The translations under genes were made by a program, and so were the position numbers. A stretch of 63,215 bases of DNA, counting the filler, from Octopus bimaculoides (lineage: Eukaryota), in the NCBI RefSeq assembly GCF_001194135.2. It is 4 parts of 4 records of this genome, joined end to end, with 100 filler letters (N's around TTAATTAATTAA, not from the genome) between each part and the next. Parts side by side here need not be neighbours in the genome. Positions count along the whole stretch, not along the records: positions 45,804 to 59,861 come from NC_068992.1; positions 59,962 to 63,215 come from NC_069005.1; 2 more parts are not named here. The stretch is one strand, 5' to 3'. The notes below the pieces were generated by a model. It did no database searches and had not been told where the DNA came from. It saw only the letters and a list, made by a program, of their open reading frames with translations. Each line of letters starts with the position of its first letter. The first letter of the stretch is position 1. Below, one piece after another: positions 53,577-63,215 of the stretch.

Positions 53577-54540
53577 TTTACCTCCGCCAAGGAAGGAGGT
53601 TATGTTTTCATCGTCGTTGGTTTGTCCGTCTGTCCGTCTGTCCGCCTGTGTGCAAAATAACTCAAAAAGTTATGAACGGTATTTGATGAAACTTGCAAGA
53701 AAAGTTGTTAATGACACAAGAAACAGATGATAACATTTTGGTAGTGATCCGGGAATTTTTATGGATTCTTGAAGGATTTTTCATTTGTTGTATTTACTTT
53801 ACACGAAGTATTACAATGTTACGTTCTTTGACTATCTCCCTTGAAAACACGTTCATCGTTTCCACGTAACCTATGGTGGCGTTGGTGTTTCCAAAGTTTT
53901 ATTTTCGTTTCTCTATTAGTAATTTTACTCGCGTATCTATGGACTCTTGAGGGATGATTGATACTGTACTGACCACAGAGAGATGTAAAGTAGGTAGGTA
54001 GGTTTAGTTTCGTAAGTAGACAGATACCTCTTTTATCTTTGCCAAGGAATAATATGACCATTGTCCTTGGTGATTTCAACTTGGATCTCATTGATTCCCT
54101 TAACCATGAGATCTTGACAACTATGAACCAGTTTGGGTTCGACCAACTAGTCCAAAAACCCACCACCGACTATGGAAGCCTGCTAGATCATGTTTAGGTG
54201 AACCAGGATCGGCGTCCACAAGTCACCGTAACTGACTGTTACTTTTCCGACCATGATGTGCGTGTATCACTCAAGTTTTAGGTAATTGTTGTTTCTGTTT
54301 AGTTGTATGGTGAAACTAGCTTGCTGTTGTCATTGATATATTATAACTGCTTCAAATGATTCCTGTTTTTAAAGTTTCTTTTTAAAAATCATATGGCTGT
54401 GCTATTTTTTTTTACTCCGCCAAGGAGGTTATGTTTTTGCCGACGTTGGTTTGGGAAATTGGGCGATTTTCTGCATGCATGTATATAGGTGGAAATGAGC
54501 TGCTTGGTGGAGGTCTGCGCTGTCCGAGTGCTTTTTTTTT
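53577..54540 (+). mobile_element. Helentron-type (HINE/DINE-like) non-autonomous element carrying an AP-endonuclease fragment
   Basis: 5' subTIR CCTCCGCCAAGG (53581) after a T-run, then (GTCC)n; 3' subTIR CTTGGTGGAGG (54503), then tctgcgctgtccgagtgc and a T-run; second 5'-type end at 54414. Confidence 0.7.
54054..54281 (+). pseudogene. Apurinic/apyrimidinic-like endonuclease C-terminal fragment
   Basis: MTIVLGDFNLD..FGFDQLVQKPTTDYGSLLDHV*..DCYFSDHD (GDFN, LDH and SDH motifs); an upstream ILY*PQ resembles IYRPP. Confidence 0.85.
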
Positions 54541-54734
54541 ATTATCGGCGATGGCTGGCTTTTGACAAAGTTTTCCAAATTAGTTTCTAAGGTTTAGACA
54601 TCTCTTTCAACTCCTAAGCTAAGTTTTTTTATGTTCTAGAAAGAGTGTATGAGTTACACTGAAATTTGAAAGAGAAGTTATTCCAGTGTAAGCTTTGAAA
54701 ATATTGTTAGTCTTAATTGTGCATTTATTAATCA

Positions 54735-54945
54735 AGGCGGTCAGCAGGCAGAATCGTTAGCACACTGGAAAAATACTTAGCGATATTTCGACAATTCGAA
54801 CGTTTTGGGTTCAAATTCCGCGGAGGTCGACTTTCCTTTCATCATTTTGAAATCGATAGAATAGATACCATTGGAACAATGGGGTCGATGTAATCAACTA
54901 ACCTCTTCGCTCAAACTTGCTGGCCTTGTACCAACATTTGAAATC
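54735..54945 (+). mobile_element. Diverged SINE family A, CpG retained
   Basis: Many substitutions but CG dinucleotides intact. Confidence 0.75.
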
Positions 54946-55432
54946 TTTATTAAGCTTACAACGATTTCTGCTTTAATTTGTTAGTCCACTCTCACCACTA
55001 ATTTTGTCCTCTGTAAGAGTTTATCCACACTTAATTTGACACACCTTCGACATTTACTCAGTCTTTACATCTATCAAGCAAAATCTTCTCTCCTTTACGC
55101 ACCTCTCCTGATTAATTTAATTTGATATTTCTCTAACCACCTTTCAAATGCATCTCTCACATCCAGCCATTCCTCCTGTATCAAACAATCTGTATTCTTA
55201 TTCTTGTCATATCAATAGGTAACTTTATTTCTTTCTTTAGATCATTTAAGCATTTCGTTTTACTCCCAACCTCATTTCATAGATACATTCGATATTGTCA
55301 AAAGACAATTCAGACTTGGTGGTGCTACTGAGTTACTCATGGTCTGGGCCGATAATAGCAGAAACCAATCTAAGCTATGTATGAATATATGTATACAGAC
55401 ATATATACTCACACATGCGTACATACATACAT

Positions 55433-55464
<32 letters not shown>

Positions 55465-55496
55465 TATATATATATATATATATATATACACGCACA

Positions 55497-57913
55497 CTAG
55501 CAATGCATCCCAGGGTTGCCCGGGTGTTATAACCTACAGCCACATTGTATTATTTGTTTCTTTCTTATGTGTAGAATCGGCACATGAGCAGCGTGAAGCA
55601 AACAACTCTTTTTTATAAACATGTTTTTCGGTCATTTTGTAATGAACAATGCTGAAATTGTTGTCACCAAAAACATGTAGAATTGCAGCTCAGATTAGAA
55701 TGAAATGCTAAAAATGCCCCCCAAATGACCTAGACATACAGTTGTAAAGAATTGGATGGCGAATGAGAACGTAGAAGTATCCGTATTGCAGAAAGTAAGG
55801 TACATGGAAAAAAAAAACTGCTTCATTGTGAAAAGCACCATCTCTATACTGTTTGGGCAGACTGCACACTTCAACATATGTTAAATGAAGCCGACAATGC
55901 TTCTGGGTAAACTACGTTTTGCGTAAGTCCAGTGTTGTTAGAATAAATATACAAGTCGTCTGCACTGCTAACTCGAGAGCATGCGACATATAGTTGTCCA
56001 TGAGAAAAACAGGGTAGTTGTAAACTGAGACCTACAATTTTTTAAGTTTGACCTTGGGCTTTGTTGATTATCATAGCGAAGCACAATCGCACTGGGAACT
56101 GGAGGCGCTTGAACTGAAATGGCACATTTGAGGGAATACGAGTCATGCGTGGAATGTATGCAATCTCTCCCCGATGGCAGCCGGCAATAATGGTTGCTTC
56201 TAGGACATGACTTGTCATTGTAGTTATAATCAATCTTGTACCATTGCATGGTTGTGGTGGGTTCAAATTCCTCAAGAACATGATAAGTGCACCTTTCTTT
56301 AGAAACTACTTATGCGGTGGCAGTCCTGTGGGTTGTAAAGAGTTGGGAAATTCAACTGGATACTCAACAGCGGCACGTTCGTCGATGGTAGCATCAATGG
56401 AGACAAACGATGAAGCACCTCCAGGTAGAAGTGGAGGAGTTCATGGTTTACTTTATCAACGCTTTCATTCCGCGGTGCTAAAATAGTTCTCACTGCGAAC
56501 CTTGCTATCAAAATATGCGCATGTGGCAGGCCTCGTTTCTGCCATTCGACGGTAAGCATTCGACAGGTAACTTCTCCAGATATCTTTTTCTTTGTAAGTA
56601 TATCCATGAATTCCAATAACTTAATGTGGAAAACCCTTGCGATTAAGTCATGTCGATGATGGGGATTTTGCCCTGGCAGAAGATTTCCAGTAACTTCAGT
56701 CCACTTAGGATTGCTTGTGCATGTAAGAAAAGGTCTGGAGAACCAATGTTTCTAACATAGGTCATAGCGTCTTGTTCTTTTTCGTGCATTTACCTTGGTC
56801 CCCCGCTAAGGAAGCCGGGAGAATAACGCTGTGGCCGACATTTTGAATGTCGTCATCATTGGCAATAGCATCTCGCAAGTGGATGTAAGATTCAGCACTA
56901 AGTTTTGTTGGTTATTTTTTTTATATAAAGGAGGCGCTCACTCTCCACTTTAGCGTACATGTTTACCATGAACTGCTGGAAAAGGTCACGACATTTGAGT
57001 AAGTGACTGACCGGTTCACGAACCATGATCATGAAGGCGTAGAAGTCATTACTAGTGATAGACTTTGCTTGATAATTATGTCCGGTTAGTGGGTCAGATG
57101 GAGGTATGCCGAAGTGATAGCTGTCTTGCACTTCCCAGAATATGATTGGTACTGTAGAGCATCATATGAACGATAAGTTTCAGAAATCCTTCGTAATGTA
57201 TTGTCATGTGACAATATCCCTGTGGTCATATTAATCTTCAACTAAGATACAGGCGACCTCTTCAGTGGTGGGGGCATCGTATCGACGTGAGTGCTGTCCA
57301 ACGGGTTTTTGTCGGTTCTTATGGTTAGGGAGAAGTCATTTGAAATTTGTGCCCGTTCTACTGCAGCTTTTAGCTGTGGAATCAGATTATTGTAGGTCAA
57401 AAACATGGTCTGCAGAGTCTGACAGTGTCTCCTTAACTGCTGCTGGTTGTTTTTCATAAAGTAAATTTGCAGAAATTTGGCCTGGTCATCGCTGGATGAC
57501 AGAAGCGACCCTATCAAGTGGTACACCTGCTCTTGAACTCTGAATGTGGTCTGAAATCCTTTGCTATTTGTTTTGTCGCGCCAACAGATGGCATCTGGAA
57601 AGTGGAATTGTAGCGTCGGATGTTGGAGAGGAAGTGATTTGATTTTGCAGTACAACTATCTAGCAAGTCAAATAATTGCTGTGGAGGATCTTTTAAAGGA
57701 GGACTATGAACCTTGCCTCCAGAGCAACACATTCTAGGACTTTCACACGTAAACTTCTTTGCCCAACAAAATCTACATTGATGCGATAGCCCGCCTACTC
57801 TTACAGCAAGATCTTCACTGTAATCTAAATTAGGATCATATCTAAGAGCCTGTTTCTTCGCGGGCACACACACATACACACACACACGTAAATCTCTCTT
57901 TTATGGTTATAGA
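55497..57913 (-). mobile_element. Helitron internal-deletion derivative with both termini
   Basis: 5' A|TCTATAACC at 57913; 3' hairpin CCCGGG-CAAC-CCTGGG then ...CTAG|T at 55497-55500; broken Rep/helicase inside. Confidence 0.85.
55871..57860 (-). pseudogene. Helitron Rep-helicase pseudogene (Rep N-half joined to Pif1-like helicase C-end)
   Basis: C..C.AKK..E...CC.GGKV; QVYHLIGSL..KFLQIYF; LFQQFMVNMYAKVESERL; EWQKRGLPHAHIL (HUH); ILAPRN; FLRNLNPPQPCNGTRL; RLQFPVRLCFAMIINKAQGQT; CFSHGQLYVACSRV. Confidence 0.92.
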
Positions 57914-58017
57914 TATATGTATGTATGCACGTACGTATTTAGACATAGAATTCAAATGAAGTGGGAGTATGCCTTCAAATGTGGTATCAGTATGCCTGTA
58001 TGATATGAATATATTAT

Positions 58018-58086
<69 letters not shown>

Positions 58087-58119
58087 TATGAATATACGTA
58101 GAAATATACATGCACAAAT

Positions 58120-58320
58120 ATTCTTTTCTACTCTAGGCACAAGGCCCAAAATTTCTGGGGAGGAGGCCGCTAGTACGCAACTGGAACTTAATTTATCGAC
58201 CCCGAAAGGATGAAAGGTAAAGTAGTCCTCAGTGGACTTTGAACTCAGAATGTAAAGAGAGACGAAATACCGCCAAGCATTTCACCCGGCGTGCTAACGT
58301 TTCTGCCAGCTCGCTGCCTT
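58120..58320 (-). mobile_element. SINE family A
   Basis: Full match. Confidence 0.8.
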
Positions 58321-59037
58321 TACATAGATACAAATATTAAATTGTTAATGTTTATGGAATACGTGCATGCATAGTTACATGCGCGACGTGAGTCAGTATA
58401 TATAACTCAAAAGCGCCAGGGGAAAAAATACATGGGAGAAAGGTAATGAAGAGTATAAAGTAAATAGAAAGTAGGAAAGATGCGGTTAATTAGTTCAGTC
58501 ATTCATTTCCCGAGGCAAACTGTATCTTATCCATTGAATGTGGCACTGCACAGTTGAAGTCTTTAATAGAAAGAAAATGTATATAAGCGACGTAAATATG
58601 TGAAACAACGATTTTTTCATAAACTCCATTTCATTTAAGTAAATTGTACTTGGTATATATACATGCATACACATGTACGCATATATATNNNNNNNNNNNN
58701 NNNNNNNNNNNNNNNNNNNNNNNNNNNNNNNNNNNNNNNNNNNNNNNNNNNNNNNNNNNNNNNNNNNNTATATATATATATATATGTATATATATTCACA
58801 TATACTTTTGTTATTTACACCACCTGTCCTCGTCTGTTGTTATTATTTGTATATTCTCCCATATATATAGACACACATATATATAATAGATACGTACATA
58901 TACATACAAGGATACATACACATGTGTACATGTATATACGCATGTACGTATATATCTAGCAATGTATATATCTATGCAAGTATAAATATATGATATATTA
59001 CATATTTGTCTATCTATCTTCCTTTCCGTTCTTTTTT

Positions 59038-59103
<66 letters not shown>

Positions 59104-59358
59104 NNNNNNNNNNNNNNNNNNNNNNNNNNNNNNNNNNNNNNNNNNNNNNNNNNNNNNNNNNNNNNNNNNNNNNNNNNNNNNNNNNNNNNNNNNNNNNNNN
59201 NNNNNNNNNNNNNNNNNNNNNNNNNNNNNNNNNNNNNNNNNNNNNNNNNNNNNNNNNNNNNNNNNNNNNNNNNNNNNNNNNNNNNNNNNNNNNNNNNNNN
59301 NNNNNNNNNNNNNNNNNNNNNNNNNNNNNNNNNNNNNNNNNNNNNNNNNNNNNNNNNN

Positions 59359-59392
<34 letters not shown>

Positions 59393-59861
59393 TTTGTATC
59401 TATGAGTGCGTGTGTAAGTGGGCATCATAGTATTTTCTAAAGACCATAGAAAGAATTTAAATCGTAAAAAACTATCCTAAATAACCAAAACAGAATTTAG
59501 TGTTAAAACCAACTTATTCCATTGTCACAAAAAGCACCCCTCCCATAAACAAAACAAAAGAAAAACGCAGAACAAAATAGTCTTCCCACTCCCAAAAAAG
59601 GACTACTATACAACAGTCGGATTTTGAATACAAAGCATAATCAATAAACCAATTTGTAAAATTCAGAACTTTCTATCGATTACACTAAACAAAAAGGAAA
59701 CTCCAAAATAAATAAATAAGTAAATAAATAAATAAATATATGAAATCAACAAAGGAACAACGAAAAAAAAAAATGAAAACAAATGAATAAGATTTAATCA
59801 TCAATAAGGGTCGATATTCGAAGCATAATAGAAACAAAACCTGATGCAATTACATATATAT

Positions 59862-59961
59862 NNNNNNNNNNNNNNNNNNNNNNNNNNNNNNNNNNNNNNN
59901 NNNNNTTAATTAATTAANNNNNNNNNNNNNNNNNNNNNNNNNNNNNNNNNNNNNNNNNNNN
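59862..59961. other. Artificial 100-bp scaffold linker
   Basis: N44-TTAATTAATTAA-N44. Confidence 0.95.
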
Positions 59962-60123
59962 ATAGTGATGGTGATAGTGGTGGTGGTGGTGGTGGTGGTG
60001 GTAGTAGTATTGATGGTGATAGTGATGGTGGTTGCAGTGGTGGTGCTAGTAGTGGTGATAGTGCTGGTGGTAGTGATGATGGTGGTGCTGGTGATGGTAG
60101 TGGTGGTGGTAGTAGTGGTGATT

Positions 60124-60163
<40 letters not shown>

Positions 60164-60458
60164 GGGTGGTGGTAGTGGTTTTGGTTGTAGAAACTATTGG
60201 CGCGGTGGTATCGCTGATTCTGGTAGGAGTTCCACTTGTGACTGTCGAGCTGGCGACATGCAGCTTTGCCGATGGCGGCAGGAAATGAAGCATCCTCAAG
60301 TTTCGAAAGGATTTTTGTCAAAATTCGTTGTAAACGCAATAACTAAAGACAAACACACAGAAAAAACGTCCGCGCATGCGGATGCAAACACACATACACA
60401 CACGAGCACATATACAAACACATGCACTGACATACAGGGACACTAACATACACACGCC

Positions 60459-60635
60459 TTGGCAGAATCGTTAGCACGCCAGGCGAAATGCTTAGCGGTA
60501 TTTCGCCTGTCTTTACGTTCTGAGTTCAATTTGCGCCGAGGTCCACTTTACCTTTCATCCTTTCGGGGGTCGGTTAATGTAATCGATTGGCCCCCTCCCC
60601 CAAATATTTCGGGCCTTGTGCCTAGAGTGGAAAAG
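60459..60635 (+). mobile_element. SINE family A
   Basis: Full match, CpG retained. Confidence 0.8.
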
Positions 60636-61197
60636 AGTACATGCGCACATGCTTACATGAAACTTATAAATGCACACATTTATTTATATTTCTATGTGTA
60701 TACAATATAAAGATATATATATGTATATATATGCGGAAAACATATGTAGCCTGGATTTTCTCCAACTCCATTCCCTAAATCTGCATATNNNNNNNNNNNN
60801 NNNNNNNNNNNNNNNNNNNNNNNNNNNNNNNNNNNNNNNNNNNNNNNNNNNNNNNNNNNNNNNNNNNNNNNNNNNNNNNNNNNNNNNNNNNNNNNNNNNN
60901 NNNNNNNNNNNNNNNNNNNNNNNNNNNNNNNNNNNNNNNNNNNNNNNNNNNNNNNNNNNNNNNNNNNNNNNNNNNNNNNNNNNNNNNNNNNNNNNNNNNN
61001 NNNNNNNNNNNNNNNNNNNNNNNNNNNNNNNNNNNNNNNNNNNNNNNNNNNNNNNNNNNNNNNNNNNNNNNNNNNNNNNNNNNNNNNNNNNNNNNNNNNN
61101 NNNNNNNNNNNNNNNNNNNNNNNNNNNNNNNNNNNNNNNNNNNNNNNNNNNNNNNNNNNNNNNNNNNNNNNNNNNNNNNNNNNNNNNNNNNNNNNNN

Positions 61198-61256
<59 letters not shown>

Positions 61257-62212
61257 CTGTGTGTTTGTGAATATGTGTTTCTCTGAGAGTGTGCGTGCGC
61301 ATGCGTTTGTATGCGTGTGTGCGTGTGAGAGAGAGTGTGTGAGTGCAAATACGTAAGCTCTTGAAAGTATAGATTCGTATATCCTACCAAATATGTATTG
61401 AAGAGAGAGAGTTCCCCCGCATATCCAACCATACACAAACACCTACAAGTATGTTAAACCAACATGTGTATATAATCATTCTGTATACAGAGTGTGTAAA
61501 AACTATATTGTCATCAATAAAATAAAGGAAAGAAACTACAAAGAGAGAGCAACCAAGGACAAAGATGTTTTTTAAAGCTATACGTAGGTTCACAAGTGCT
61601 ATGTAATTGATAGGCACAAAATACAATGTTACATTCATACGATGAGTACAATCGTGTATTTAAACGCTCACGCATTGTATGCGCCGGCACAGACAACAGA
61701 TGATGACACACACCTACCTAAACACCCACACACACACACACACACACACATACACAATGTTAATGTACATACGTGTGCATTCAGTTCTGTACATGCACTT
61801 ACATATAATCACCATGCAGATATATGTATAAATACATACATACATACATACATACATACATACATACATGCATGCATACATGCATACATACACATATATA
61901 TGTGTGTCTGTATGTGTGGGAGAGTGTGTACGTAAATGTATATATATATATATTTTTGTGCTTGGGTGTGTGTGTACGTATATTTATGTATGTGTGTGCA
62001 TATATTTATATATATATATATAAACATATAAGCGTCTGCGCGTACATATATATGATTATATATGTATATATGTGTGTGTATATATGTATATATATGTGTG
62101 TGTGTCTAAGTATGTATGTATGTATGTATGTATGTAGCATCACTGCCACTACCAGTATGAGCAGCATATATGAGTGTATATATGTACACACACATATATA
62201 TACAAATATATG

Positions 62213-62261
<49 letters not shown>

Positions 62262-62907
62262 NNNNNNNNNNNNNNNNNNNNNNNNNNNNNNNNNNNNNNN
62301 NNNNNNNNNNNNNNNNNNNNNNNNNNNNNNNNNNNNNNNNNNNNNNNNNNNNNNNNNNNNNNNNNNNNNNNNNNNNNNNNNNNNNNNNNNNNNNNNNNNN
62401 NNNNNNNNNNNNNNNNNNNNNNNNNNNNNNNNNNNNNNNNNNNNNNNNNNNNNNNNNNNNNNNNNNNNNNNNNNNNNNNNNNNNNNNNNNNNNNNNNNNN
62501 NNNNNNNNNNNNNNNNNNNNNNNNNNNNNNNNNNNNNNNNNNNNNNNNNNNNNNNNNNNNNNNNNNNNNNNNNNNNNNNNNNNNNNNNNNNNNNNNNNNN
62601 NNNNNNNNNNNNNNNNNNNNNNNNNNNNNNNNNNNNNNNNNNNNNNNNNNNNNNNNNNNNNNNNNNNNNNNNNNNNNNNNNNNNNNNNNNNNNNNNNNNN
62701 NNNNNNNNNNNNNNNNNNNNNNNNNNNNNNNNNNNNNNNNNNNNNNNNNNNNNNNNNNNNNNNNNNNNNNNNNNNNNNNNNNNNNNNNNNNNNNNNNNNN
62801 NNNNNNNNNNNNNNNNNNNNNNNNNNNNNNNNNNNNNNNNNNNNNNNNNNNNNNNNNNNNNNNNNNNNNNNNNNNNNNNNNNNATATACTTGTGCGTGTG
62901 TGTGTGT

Positions 62908-62910
62908 ATG

Positions 62911-62989
<79 letters not shown>

Positions 62990-63048
62990 GCAGACAGACG
63001 GACAGATAGACAGATAGACAGATAAATAGTTAGATAGATACAGAAATT

Positions 63049-63105
<57 letters not shown>
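62908..63105. repeat. (GATA)n/(GACA)n tetranucleotide microsatellite
   Basis: Directly visible. Confidence 0.95.
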
Positions 63106-63215
63106 CGGTTGATATATACATTTACATATATATATACTCGCATACACCTATATGTATGCATATATTCATATATGAATGGTTTTCTTCTCTTGTGTCGCCC
63201 ACGCTATTCCAAGGT

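Overview
Eukaryotic, very AT-rich DNA dense in microsatellites and repeats. The SINE families and simple-repeat landscape are most consistent with an octopod cephalopod genome (inferred from recognising the repeats; no database search was run). Three identical artificial spacers (N44-TTAATTAATTAA-N44) split the window into four assembly pieces: 1-20409, 20510-45703, 45804-59861 and 59962-63215. No complete host gene can be read, and almost all ORFs in the track are microsatellite or N-gap artefacts. The recognisable coding sequence is from transposons: a near full-length mariner, a maT/DD37D-like fragment, RTE, R4/Dong and CR1/L2-group LINE remnants, a Helitron deletion derivative with both ends, a Helentron-type element with an AP-endonuclease fragment, and a Penelope-like (GIY-YIG) fold-back. 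The best findings are three type I hammerhead ribozyme folds. Two mirror copies in the Penelope fold-back have the core C3-G8 pair swapped to A3-U8; the third has a canonical core and an expanded stem II. SINE copies left of about 31-32 kb show CpG decay while those to the right keep their CpGs. This suggests a methylated gene body on the left, transcribed leftwards from a promoter near 33.1 kb, with a few low-confidence candidate exons.
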